NCBI GenBank assembly: GCA_043228905.1
Contig: JBHGNT010000006.1
Coordinates: forward strand, 14,198,001 to 14,262,000
Direction of reading: 5' to 3'
Source of the DNA: Azolla caroliniana
Taxonomy: Eukaryota > Plantae > Polypodiophyta
DNA length: 64,000 nt
Both the position numbers and the translations under genes were made by a program. The notes under the pieces were generated by a model that ran no database searches, was not told the origin of the DNA, and saw nothing but the letters and a program-made list of their open reading frames with translations. How positions within the stretch are numbered: position 1 is the first letter of the stretch; every line of letters begins with the position of its first letter. Below are positions 37,445-50,400 of this stretch, in pieces.

Positions 37445-40400
37445 CACAGTTACACGCTCTCTCTCCTTGCACCAACAAGAATGACAACAACACTAAAAGT
37501 TTGCCCTAAGTCATATTTATACTAATATGACTTTTCGTCTATTTACAAATATAGCCTCGATGGACTCTCAGAAACATATTTACGAATATGTCTCTTCATC
37601 CGGTGAGCATTCCTCACCGGGTCTACACCATCCAGCTCTCCGTAGCCGGGTACTCCTCATCCGGTTCTCACCGGGTCTGCACCATCCGGTTCTCCGTAGC
37701 CGGGCACTCCTCATCCGGTTCTCACCGGGTCTGTACCATCCGGCTCTCCGTAGCTGGGTACTCCTCATCCGGTTCTCGCCGGGTCTGCACCATCCGGCTC
37801 TTCGTAGCCGGGTACTCCTCATCCGGTTTCGGCCTCGGCCTATCAGCCTCTGCCGAGTTTGCTTATCAGCACTGTCCTTCTAACTTCCCATCCGGAGGGA
37901 CCTGTCTCCCAACAAACTCCCCCTTCACTCCGGCATGGGGTGTCTTACTAGTCCGATCCTCTTCCGGCATGCATCCAGCTTGTCGGGTATCAGCACTTTG
38001 GTCAGCATATCTGACCCGTTCTCGGCCGTGAGGATCTTCGTCAGTGCGAACTCCTGGTCATCTACTCTTTCCCGGATCCAGTGATATCTTCGCTGGATAT
38101 GCTTTGTCCGGGAATGGTAGGCCGCATTCTTAGCAAGATGGATGGCACTTTGACTGTCGCAATAGAGTCGGTATTCATCTTGCCGGATACCGAGCTCTCC
38201 AATGAAGTCCTTCATCCATAATATTTCCTTGCCGGCTTCCACAACCGCCATGTACTCCGCCTCCGTGGTTGACAATGCAACCGTCTTCTGCAGCCTCGAC
38301 TGCCACGAGACAACTCCCCCTGCATATGTCATTACATACCCGGATGTAGACCGGCTGGTATCCACATCAGCCGACATGTCCGAATCGGTGAAACCGTCAA
38401 GTTGAGGTTTTCCAGAGCCGAATCAGAGACATATTTGAAGTGCCCTGCATCTCCCGGTTTCAACTTGTACACCCACTTATTTCGGAGTGCCTGCTTTCCT
38501 TTTGGCAACTCCACCAATTTGTACGTATGGTTCTCATGCAGGGAATCCATCTCATCTTGCATGGCACTTAACCATTTTCGGCTGTGGGTGTCATCCTTCG
38601 CTTCTTCGAAGCTTTCCGGCTCCCCCTCATCGGTCAGCAGAACATGCTCTGCATCCGGAAATATCTGGGGGGCCCTTCTCTCTCTGAGAGGATATCTTGG
38701 TCTTCGGGCATCGGTAACTGGCTCCTCTATTTGCTCTTCATCTGAATCCGATTCGGGGTCTTGGCCGGTTCCGGATTCGGCTTCCTCTACTTCTTCTTCA
38801 GCCTATTCGGTATCCTCACTGTATCCGGCTGGTTCTTCGAGTGCTAACCGGTCTCTCGCCGGTTGGGTCTGCTCATCGTAGAATCGATCCTTACCGGTCG
38901 ACTCGGAGTTCATTATCTTCTTCTCCGACTCCCAGTCGACGAGCGTCTTGTCCTCCATGAAGATAATATCTCGACTCCGGAATACCTTCTTGTCGACCAG
39001 GTCCCACACTCGGTAGCCAAACTCATCTTCACCGTAACCGAGGAATATGCAAGGCCGGGTCTTTGGATCTAACTTTCCTCTTTGGTCCTTAGCAACATGC
39101 ACGCACGGGAGACACCCGAACACCTTCAGATGTCGGTAGGATACTTCCTTACCGGTCCATACTCTCTGTGGCGTGTCTCCGTCCAAGGGTACTGAGGGTG
39201 ATCTGTTTATCACATATGTCGCCGTCGATAGTGCCTCAGTCCAAAACTTCTTGGGTAGTTTTGCATGCGCCAGCATACTCCGGACCCTCTCCATTATGGT
39301 CCGGTTCATCCTCTCGGCCAGCCCGTTTAGTTCAGGCGTCTTCGGCACGGTAAATTCGAGCCGAATTCCCTTCGAGCGACAGTACTCCTCGAACTGCCCC
39401 CGGTATTCACCTCCGTTATCTGCTCGAACCGCCTTCAGCTTCCGGTCGGTTTCTCTTTCCACTCTCGCGTGGAGCTCTTTGAAGACGGATAACACCTGAT
39501 CCTTCGTCTTCAACAGTGTGGCCCACAGCTTCCGGCTGTGGTCATCTATGAATGTCACGAAGTACTGCACTCCGGCATGTGACTTCGTGTCTACTTGACA
39601 CACATCCGTATGCACCAACTCCAGTGGTGCATTACGTCTCATAGGTGGCCTTGGTCGGAAGGAGGTCCGGTTTTGCTTACCGGCCAGACAATCAGTGCAC
39701 TTCTCCAAGTGCACGTTCTTCACTAGAATGAGGTTGTCCTCTGCAAGCCTCTTCATCCCCTTCTCACTCATATGACACAGCCTCTTGTGCCACAGCTCAC
39801 TGGCAATGTCGGATGCCATGTTCACTTCTTCCGGACATAACCGGGCGTTCATCAGGTACAGTGTGTTGACCTTCCGGGCCCGAGCCACAATCAGGCTCCC
39901 TTTGCTGAACTTCATGACACCGTTCCGGATGCTACCCGTGTAGCCTTCATCATCTAGCCGACCGGCTGATATCAGGTTCAGACGAACCTCCGGAACGTGT
40001 CGGACATACTTCAGCAGCAACTTGCATCCGGTTGGTGTTTTCAGCCACACCTCTCCAATGCCGACAATTCGGCATGTACCTTCATTCCCCATCCGAACAC
40101 AGCCGTGATCACCGGCTGCGTAGAATGAGAAGCATTTCCGGTCCGGGGTAAGGTGGAACGACGCTCCGGAGTCTACCACCCAGGTCATCTCGTCGCCGGC
40201 AAGGTTTATCTCACTCTCCTCGGTGATGAGCATCAACTCTTCTTCACTTGCCGCGATTGCCGTCGTTCCCTTCTGGTCCGGTCCCCTCCAGTCTTTACCA
40301 TTCCGGTCCGGGGTCCGCTTCGAATCGGTACCGTCGGTTTCCTTGTCTTTTCGGAAATGCTGACAGTACCACCCAGGTCATCTCGTCGCCGGCAAGGTTT

Positions 40401-42036
40401 ATCTCACTCTCCTCGGTGATGAGCATCAACTCTTCTTCACTTGCCGCGATTGCCGTCGTTCCCTTCCGGTCCGGCCCCCTCTAGTCTTTACCGTTCTGGT
40501 CCGGGGTCCGCTTCGAATCGGTACCGTCGGTTTCCTTGTCTTTTCGGAAATGCTGACAGTTCTTTTGGAAGTGTCCTGGCTTGCCACAATAGAAGCAAGT
40601 AGGCCTTCCCCTTGACTTTGACCGTGTCCCCGACTTCTCCCGGTTCTGGGGACTACAGTTTCTATGTCTTCCGTGTTCTGATTCGGTAAGGAGCGCTTTG
40701 GAGTCGGAGCTCGTATCTTTATCTTTCCGATGCGCCTCCTCATCTAGCAAGCTCGACTTTACTCTTGCTAGGGATAACAGTTTTCCTTCCGGCCCGGCGT
40801 TGCCCAAAGTGACAACCAGCATCTCCCAGCTATCCGGGAGGGAACCGAGCAGGAGTAGCACTAGTACCTCATTTGCGAGAGGTACTTCCAATGAAGTTGC
40901 CTGGTGGATCAGCCCCTAGAAGGCATTCATGTGCTCCGCCATGCTGGAGCCATCTTGGTACCGGAGTCTTACTAGCTTCCGGAATACCGAAACTTGATTA
41001 ACAACATTTTTGTTTTGGAACATTATGCCGATCTTCTCCCAGAGCTCATGGGCCTTGCTCTCTTCATTGAAGTTGTTGTACAGGCTCATGTCGATGAAGC
41101 ACCGTATGTACGCCGTTGTCTTCATGTGCATCACATCCCATATCGTGGCGTCGATTTTGTTTGGTCTCTTGTCCCCGAACTGAACCGGCAGCCAGAGGTC
41201 TTTAACAACGACCATGTCCCTCATCTTCGACTTCCACACCGAATAGTTGGAGCCGGTGAGCTTGAACATGCCTCCCAATGAATCGTCCATTTTCTGTGTC
41301 GTTTCGCTCTGATACCACTTGACGGGAACTAAACGCTCCGCTATACGCAACACTCGGCCACAACCGAGCTTAGATTCATGCACAAAAAATAGGGAAATGA
41401 AAACACAACACAAAGAAGAGAAAAGTACACAGGAGGTTTACGTGGAAAACCCCAAACTAGGGAAAAAACCACGGTAGCCCACAAGCTGCAAACTATCACT
41501 ATGTAAGAATGTACAACTGTGAGTTCACGGAGGCAACGACCTCGTGCTCACGATCCTCGCCACAGGCGGCGGTTACAACAGAGGCAACGACCTCTCTCTC
41601 TCTCTCTCTCTCTCTGTACACAATTACACGCTCTCTCTCTCCTTGCACCAACAAGAATGACAACAACACTAAAAGTTTGCCCTAAGTCATATTTATACTA
41701 ATATGACTTTTCGGCTATTTACAAATATAGTCTCGATGGACTCTCAGAAACATATTTACGAATATGTCTCTTCATCCGGTGAGCATTCCTCACCGGGTCT
41801 GCACCATCCGGCTCTCCGTAGCCGGTTACTCCTCATCCGGTTCTCACCGGGTCTGCACCATCCGGTTCTCCGTAGCCGGGCACTCCTCATCCGGTTCTCA
41901 CCGGGTCTGCACCATCCGGCTCTCCGTAGCCGGGTACTCCTCATTCGGTTTCGGCCTCGGCCTATCGGCCTCTGCTGAGTTTGCTTATCAGCACTGTCCT
42001 TCTCCCTTCCCATCCGGAGGGACCTGTCTCCCAACA
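37132..42036 (-). mobile_element. Tork/Tnt1-like Copia with both LTRs, RT-deleted (non-autonomous)
   Basis: LTRs 37132-37914 and 41320-42036 (TGACGGG...CCCAACA); TSD TTTTA at 37127-37131 and 42037-42041. PBS tggtatcagagc (tRNA-iMet) at 41306-41317; PPT aagggggag at ~37917-37925. Gag with CCHC, WVVDSGASFH protease and integrase present. RT jumps from KLKPGDAG to the RNase H linker at ~38440. A 193-bp duplication lies at 40174-40559. Confidence 0.96.
37613..37828 (+). repeat. 54-bp tandem repeat in the LTR (4 copies here, 3 copies at 41789-41950)
   Basis: Unit ctcaccgggtctgcaccatccggctctccgtagccgggtactcctcatccggtt. Confidence 0.95.
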
Positions 42037-43803
42037 TTTTACTTTATGTTGATGATATAGTCATCGCCGTCGCCAACCTAGATGAAATTGGCCACGTAAA
42101 GTCCTAGCTCGCAACATCATTCGACATGAAGGACCTATGGGACCTTCATTACTTCCTAGGGATCGAAGTGATCCGCACCCCCGAAGGCATTCTGATCAGC
42201 CAATGACATTATGTACTGAGTATGCTCTTCAAGTTCAGGATGGTAGATTGTAAGTCCATCTCAACTCCTCTGGACAGAAACGTTAAGCTTCACCGAGATT
42301 TGGGAAAGGCGTGTGACCCGACACGGTTTCGGCAGATTATCGGAAGCGTAATTTATTTGAAGATCACTCGGCTGGATCTCAGCTACCTGGTCGGCTTGAT
42401 CAGTCAATTTATGTCGCAGCCCATGACCGAACACCTTCAGTGCACGCAAAGGATATTGTGCTACGTTCGTGGCACTAAGGATAGGGTGTTGTTATATCGG
42501 GCAAGAATAGCCAAGCAGTTAGTCGGTTACATGGATGTCGATTGGGCCGGAAATGCCAGCGATCACAGATCAACATCTGGATATGCATTTTCATTGGGAA
42601 GTGAGGTGATAGCATGGAGCATTAACAAGCAGCCAACAGTGGCACTGTCAAGCACGGAGGCCGAGTATCGAGGAGCGGCTGTTGCTACGTGCGAAGTCAT
42701 CTGGCTCAAGAGGCTACTCAAGGATCTACAGGTTGAGGTGTCCGATCCGATGACGATCTATTGCGAAAACCTCAGTAGCATCCAACTTGTGAAGAACCCT
42801 GTCTTCCACACCCGGACCAAGCACATCGAGGTGCACTACCATTTTGTTTGTGAGCGTGTCCTCTCCTGTGAAGTCAAACTAGTATATGTTTCGACAGATC
42901 GGCAACCTGCCGACATCTTCACCAATCCCCTTGGTCTCGACAAGTTGCGGCAATTCTCGGGTGTGCTTGGTTTGTGACACCTCGACGTGCCGAACTTGAG
43001 GGGGAGAAAAGACTAGGAAATCGAGTGGAAATGACCGCGAAGCAGAGTTGGATGAAGAATTCTATTTTGGGTCGGTTGAAGAAGCCGAAGGCGGAAACAA
43101 TGGCAACAACCAAAGGGAAGAGCCGGAGTCAGCCGAACAAGGGGGAGATGAAGCCAAGAAGGCCAAGACCAAGACATGGTCTAATGTGGTTAAGGGCATG
43201 AAGACAAAAGACGAATTGGAGACAACCAATTCGGGCAAGAGTGGGAATGAATCGGAGACAACCGATTCAGTTCAAATGTTCGATTCGGAGACGCCAAATC
43301 AACTAAAGGCCAAGCGAGGGAAAGGACAACAGAAGAGGCGCCAACATCGCGCCAACAAGGGAGCTGAGAAAGGTTGTACGAGCAGACAAGCTGACTGAAA
43401 GGGCCGAGACATCCAGAATCAAACGGGTCGAGGAGCACGAGCGATGCGTGAAGCAAGGAGAAGCCGGAATGAAGATCTAGAAGAGCAGGCGGAACCTCAA
43501 GTTGAGCTTGAGGGGGAGTGTTGAGATACAAGCTCAACATTGGATGCGTGAACTAATGCGTAGACTGGGTGCATAAACCAGGTGCGGAACGAGAGGCCGT
43601 AGTGGTGCGTAAGCCGGAAGGCCGTTGGATAGATATTCCGCGAAGGAATATATTTTGGGAGCTAGTGTAGGGGCTCATTGATGAGCATTGAAGTACGAGT
43701 CAATACTTTTGTCAGTCCGTATGGACTTGTATAAAAGTGCTCTTTGAGCACGTCCTATGTACAGAGTTTTAGAGTATTGTTAGAATAGAGTTTTTTGTGT
43801 TTT

Positions 43804-43849
<46 letters not shown>

Positions 43850-43996
43850 ATGTACGCTGTGTTGATTAAGCTTTCCATTAAACCTTCCTCATCTTCCTAG
43901 TCTCTTTGTCTTTTGTCTGTTGTTACCTAGTTGTGTCTGTTAAGCTTCTGCATGTATCCTTTTACATTCTTTCTACCATGATACGATGTTAATCTA

Positions 43997-44435
43997 CTTA
44001 TGCATTGGGTCGAGCATGTTTGCACTAATCACACACACTCAACTCATGGCCCTTTTGCATATTGCGATGTATCTCCCACTCTCCCTTCTCTTGAGCCATC
44101 TCTTACGGTAATAATTATTCTTATGCATCGGGTCGAGCATGTTTTCCCAAATCGCACACGCTCACCTCATGGCCCTTTTGCATAAGATGTTGAGTATGAC
44201 ACCCTTCCCTTTATTGAGCCATCACTTGGCTGATTTTATGGGATTTTGTGGCTTAACAAGGTGTATGTCGCCTACCTATCCCACTTTACTCTCTATTGAG
44301 CCATCACTGGGCTGATTTTATGGGATGTTGTGGCCTTGACGAGGTGTATGCCACTTACCTATGCCACTTTACTCTCTATTGAGCCATCACTTGGCCGACT
44401 CTAAGGATATGTGGTGGTCTTGAGGAGGTGCATGT
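43997..44435 (+). repeat. Degenerate tandem repeats (~123 bp x2, then 82-83 bp x3)
   Basis: cttatgcat.gggtcgagcatgttt..catggcccttttgcata occurs twice; tattgagccatcac starts at 44212, 44294 and 44377. Confidence 0.8.
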
Positions 44436-44615
44436 TGAGTACCCTAGGGTTTCTTACCTTAAGGCATGCTTAATGTTCCATACACCTAATTGATTATTAT
44501 TCTAATTAATTTCTAATTACACAAATTGTCGTTTCACTTTTCAAATTGTATGATTTTCTCGTAATTGTCATTTACACACCCACAATTGACTCTCTTTTTT
44601 CCCTTTTCATGTTTA

Positions 44616-46651
44616 TGTTGGGAAGTCGGTTCCTCTGGATGGGATCCGGTTATGAATGAAGAGGACCCGGTGAGAATCGGAAGAGAAGACATATTTGTAA
44701 ATATGTTTTGAGTAAGCCTATTGTAGCTATATTTATAAATAGCCCTAAAGTCATATAAGTATAAATTGTATGCTCCAACTACTCAGTGTGGAAGTCAAAG
44801 ATGAGGGATATGCTGGTGGTTAAAGATCTTTGGTCGCCGGTTCAGTTCGGGGGCAAGAGACCGGATAAGATCGACACCACAGTGTGGGAGGTGATGCACA
44901 TGAAGACGACGACATACATCCGGTGCTTCATTGACATGAGCCTGTACAACAATTTCAATGAAGAGTGCAAGGCTCATGAACTTTGGGAGAAGATCCACAT
45001 CATGTTCCAGAAACAAGAATGTTATTAATCAGGTTTCGGTATTCCGGAAGCTAGTGAGGCTCCGGTACCAGGACGACTCCAGTATGGCAGAGCACATGAA
45101 TGCTTTCTAGGGATTGATACCTCTCGCCGATGAGGTACTCACATTACTCTTGCTCGGTTCCCTCCTGGATAGTTGGGAGATGTTAGTTGTCACGTTGGAC
45201 AACGCCGGGCTGGAAGGAAAGCAGTTGTCCCTAGCAAGGGTAAAATCAAGCTTGCTAGATGAAGAAACTCGTTAGAAGGACCGGGAGTCTGGAACCGATC
45301 CGAAGGCCTTGGTCTCGGAAGATAACCAAAACCAGGGAAGAGGCCGATATCGGAGTCCCCAAAACTGGGACAAATCGGGGACGAGGTCGAAGTCAAGGGG
45401 GAGGCCTACTTGCTTCTACTGTGGGAAGCTGGGGTACTTCCAGAAGAACTATCAACATTTTCGGAAAGAGAAAGAAACCAACAGTACCAATTCGAAGAAG
45501 AGTTCGGACCGGAGAGACCCGGATTGGAAAGGAACGTCGACGATCGCAACAAGTGAAGAAGAACTGATGCTCATTACCGAGGAGAATGAGTTAAACCTTG
45601 TCGGTGATGAGACAACGTGGGTTGTCGATTCCGGAGCATCATTCCACATTACACCAGACCGGAGATGCTTCTCATCCCACACAACCGGAGATCATGGTTA
45701 TGTTTGGATGGGGAATGAAGGTACATGACGAATTGTTGGCATAGGAGATGTGTTGTTGATGACTTCAACCGGATGCAAGTTGTTGCTGAAGGATGTCCGA
45801 CACGTTCCAGAGGTTCGACTGAACCTAATATCAGCCGGTCGGCTAGATGATGAAGGCTACATGGGTAGTATCCGAAACGGAGTCATGAAGTTCAACAAAG
45901 GGAGCCTAATAATGGCTCGAGCGTGGAAGGTCAACACGTTGTACTTGATGAATGCCCGGATATGCCGGGAAGAAGTGAACATTGCATCCGACACTGCCGG
46001 TGAGCTGTGGCACAAAAGACTGTGTCACATGAGTGAGAAGGGGATGAGAAGACTTGCCAAAGACAACCTCATTCCGGAGGTGAAAGATGTGCATCTTGAG
46101 AAGTGCACTGATTGCTTGGCCATCAAGCAAAATCAAACCTCCTTCCGGTCAAGACCACTGATGAGATGGAATGCACAACTGGAGCTGGTGAATACCGATG
46201 TGTGTCAAGTGGACACGAAGACACATGCCGGATCGCAGTTCTTCGTGACGTTCATAGACGACCACAACTGTAAGGTGTGGGTCTCACCGTTGAAGACAAA
46301 GGATCAAGTGTTATCCATCTTCAAGGAGCTCCATGCGAGAGTGGAAAGAGAAACCGGCCAGAAGCTGAAGGCGGTTCGAGTGGACAACGGAGGAGAATAC
46401 TGGGGGCAGTTCGAGGAGTACTGCCGGTCGAAGGGAATCCGGCTCGAATTTACCGTGCTGAAGATGCCAGAACTAAACGGGCTGGCCGAAAGGATGAACT
46501 GGACCGTGATAGAGAGAGTACGGAGCACGTTGGCACATGCAAAGTTACCCAAGAAGTTTTGGGCGGAGGCGCTAATGACGATGACTTACGTGATAAACAG
46601 ATCACCCTGAGTACCCTTGGATGGAGACACACCAAAGAGAGTATGGATCGG
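44616..46651 (+). mobile_element. Tork/Tnt1-like Copia, truncated copy (partial LTR fused to gag, PR, IN)
   Basis: LTR start tgttgggaagtcggttcctctggatggga. A deletion joins the TATA region (~44765) directly to gag SNYSVWKSKMRD. ORFs 45309-46610 are homologous to 38803-41300. Confidence 0.9.
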
Positions 46652-47458
46652 TGTTGTGAAGTTGACACTTCACAATGTGAAAACAATGTCAAAAATTTAT
46701 AAAAAGAAATTTCCCATATGGAGCTTGTGATGAGGAGCATATGCAAATTTTTGGTTCATGAATTGGAGTTCAAGAGCCCAAGATACAAGCTTCGGAAGGA
46801 TTAATGTTACTTAGGACACAAATGTAATTATGTCAAAAGGGAGAGTCGAAATTAAATAAGGGTTATTTTTGTAATTTCTCAAATGTATAACTACAAAATC
46901 GAATTTGTAGAATACATAAATAAAAAAATAAATAGATAAATAATATACAATATATATATATATAACCGCCTCAAGAGGGTGGTTGGGCGGTTGACCACCC
47001 TATATAAGCCACGCCTATGGTGGCTAAAGAGGGGAAAGAGGAGAAGGAGAAGAAAAGGAAGGAAAAGCGAGTGAAGAAACTCGCGTGAGTGTGGGATGCA
47101 AAACTCGCCAAAGAAGATGGTGGCCTACATCAATCAAGACAAGAGTTAAAGAAAAGGAATGAAATACAAGAAAAGGAAGGAGTTGAAGTGGTGTATCTCA
47201 AACTCTTTGTAATCATAAGGTTGTGAGTTCAAATCCTCTTGGAATAACTTCTTTTGGTAATCAAATTTTGTAATATAAATTTAGTATATATAAAATGAAA
47301 GAGAAAGATAAATAAATAGAAACCAAAGAGATTGAAGTGGTCTATCTCAAACGCTTCTTCTCAAATAGAGTTTGTGAGTTCAAGTCTTGGCAAGTAAATT
47401 TTGGCAAATAAATATTGTAAGTGGTTGTTTTACAAATAAAATTCTTTTCGCGACAACA
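46652..47458 (+). mobile_element. LTR (807 bp) with two tRNA-like subrepeats; flanks do not match
   Basis: TGTTGTG...GACAACA termini and TATA ctatataagc at ~47000. Left flank is Copia integrase and right flank is Gypsy integrase, with no shared TSD. Confidence 0.7.
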
Positions 47459-50400
47459 TCACATTTATCTTGCCCTTCCAAGTGGCATTGTTACTAAATC
47501 TATCATCCACTTGTAGTGCACCCCCAGTGAGTATGTTGGGTGTAATTCATCACAAAATTTTACATTTTTTTATTTGCTCATAGTATTGAGGCCACCAAAA
47601 CCATTCTTTAATCTTACTGAAAGTGGCCCACACTCCTCGATGACCAACCCATTCTTTGTCATGCAGCTCTCTGATTATCTCCTTTCTTTGCCCTTCAGAA
47701 CCTATTACTCTTTGCGGGTTTCCAGTCTTGGTTTTTGGATGTCGCCATAGATATACTTCATGCAGGAAGAACTTATGGGCTTTCTTGCGAAACTGTGCGA
47801 ACTCTTTTCCAAATCGACCTTTGTACTTGTCAAGGGTTTGTAGGTATTTCCCTATTTCCTTGAATTCTTCTTCATACTCCTCTTCTAGAAACTGCATTCC
47901 TCCTTCCTAGGTAATGCTTGTGGTAAGGATTGTTTGTTCTTTGTCCTCATCCTCCGAGTTTGGAATCTCCTCTTCCTCATACCTTGCTCTTGATAACATA
48001 TCTGCTACTGCATTTCTATTCCCAGAGATATGTTGAACTTCAGGGTTGACTGATCTAATATAGATACACCATCTTAACATGGCTTGATTTGGAATATCAC
48101 AATTAGCTATGATACCAAGAATAGGCAAACAATCTGTTTCTATTATTACTTCAGCACCAATTAAGTAATCTCTATCTGTCTTAACTGCTGTTACTACCCC
48201 CCATAACTCTCTTTTGACCTGTGCATATTTTCTTTGTTGACCACTAAGAACCTTTGCTCCGAATCGGACTGGATACCTTTCTTCCCCATCTTGTTGTCTT
48301 ATCACCCATCCAATTCCAATGGGCCTGGAGTCTACCGTGAGATATATATGGGCCGAGTGTAGTCAGGTTGCTTTAATGGCGGAGCTTGTGCCAAGTAACA
48401 CTTCAATTTCCTCATTGCCTCCAAATGCTCTTCACTCCATTCAAATGTTTCTCCTTTTCTTAGGAGTCTGTAAAAAGGTTCAGATAAATGGGCATAATGT
48501 GGAATCCATCTACAGTAAAAAAGACATACCCCTAGAAACCTTCGTACTTCGGAGACGGATGCACATTCTTCTTGCATGTTTTGAATTGCATTGACCTTGG
48601 TGGGGGATGGCTTTCTCCCATACGGGCCACACAGATGACCAACTATTAATATCTCTTTTGCCCCAAATATTGATTTCACCCCTGATAAGGTCAGATGCAC
48701 TTCTTCCATCCTTGATAGTATCTTCTCACAATCCTTGATATGGCCGACAACGAATTGTCGGCAACCATCTTCGTCCAATTCCTCATTCTTCTCTTCCTCC
48801 TTGCATCCCTTGATCGGAACATCATCTAAAAAAGGCATTGTAATATGAGGAATAAAATCACGAAGTACCTTGTTCATTCCATTCATCATATGCGCCACTG
48901 AATTGGTCGCTCCTTGCGGCAAGGTACACATCTGTACTAACCCTATAGGTGTCTTGATAGAAGTAATATCTCAACTTTTGATAGCAAGTTGAAATTGATC
49001 ATACCTGGAATAAAGGTCTCCCATTGAATATATAGCTCTTCCTGCAAAAATCTTAGCAAACTCATCCACAATTGGCCTTACTCTCGAGTTTTGGATTGTT
49101 ATCTTATTCACGGGTTTCATATCTTGGATAAATCGGAGGCGTCCATCTTTCTTTAACACAGTGAACCATTGACTCGAGTAAGGAGCATTCGATGGTTCCA
49201 AGCTACCCACCCTTATCTTTTCTTTCAGAAGTTCTAATAGTTGAGGGATTCTAGCCCTAGGCATGGGTATTGGCTTAAAATTCCATGGAATATGAGAGAT
49301 AGTAAATATAACCATGGGCTCCACTAATTTTGGATCTGCACACCCTATTTCTTTAGGTTGGAATGCGAATGCCTTTCCATGCCTTTTTAACATCTCCCTA
49401 AATTGCTTTTCTTCGGCTAGTAATAGGAAGTCACCCCCTCCTATTTTCATCCCTTGTATTGTTTCTGGAGTAAACACATGTCCCACCTTTCGTGGGTCTC
49501 TGATCATTGGCTCTGTGGCCGCTTCTTTAATTGCTCTTTCACTATCCCCTGGAAGTGGAGCAACAATAGGACGAACCTTCTTCTCTACTATCTCGTACTT
49601 TGTCAGGACATGTGCTTCATGATCCTTTCGAGCAACTTCTTCAATGACCTCGTACATCTTGATCAAATGAACAAGAACTTGGTTTTCGTTGTCATCCTCC
49701 ATTGCTTCCAAATGAGTTATTGTATCTTCAAAACTTAATTCTTCAAACATATCCTGAATTTCTTCATCATTATCTATTAATCCAGAAGACTTAAAGTACT
49801 CAAAAGCATTTTGTATTTATTATTATCTACTTTTAACATAAAAGTAGCACCACTAGTTGAGATTGTACAAGGAATATTTTTATTTACATTATTATTCATG
49901 GGGTTTTCTTTCATGTCCAGGCTATCACAACCCCTACCTATAAAAGCCCTATCTAAAAATCTTGGGAAAATTCTTCATCCACCTCTCGAACTAGATGTTC
50001 CCTCAAGGATTCTTTATTTCTTTCGTGGTTGGGCCTCATGGTTAAGAATTGGACTGTCTTTCTTCCATCTTGACTCTTGATTCTTGCAAAAGCCGAACCA
50101 TCATCAATCACCTTTGTTTCCATCCTGACTGCGGTGATGTAAGGCTGACCAAGGATGACGGGGTAGGTTGATCGATCCTGCACAAAGAAATTTTGATTCA
50201 CCGACACATCACCAATTGTTACCTTCACAGTGGGGCATGCTCCGAATAGATCCTTCGTAGTATCTGTGGCAACTCTTATCTTCCACCCATGATTCTTGTC
50301 AATCGGCCACCATCCTTGAGTGTAAAATTTCGATGACATTATGTTAATCTCGGATCCATGATCGATCAAACCAATACATGGAATTTGTTGCTCCCCAATT

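Larger units (their letters stand above)
34873..43966 (+). mobile_element. Ty1/Copia element, 5'-truncated (PR-IN-RT-RH, 3' region, PPT, 3' LTR 43519-43966), interrupted at 37132-42036
   Basis: ASNHMT protease, LWHKRF GAG-pre-integrase, integrase, RT (IGCKWVYKV...VSIL|LYVDD), RNase H (DVDWAG...RTKHIEVHYHFV). PPT gagggggag at 43510-43518; LTR TGTTGAG...TTTTACA. Many stops. Confidence 0.92.

Noticed and set aside
37527-38031. Repetitive ORFs (SPGLHHPALRSRVLLIRF)n and their antisense
   Set aside because: Artefact of the 54-bp LTR repeat being a multiple of three.
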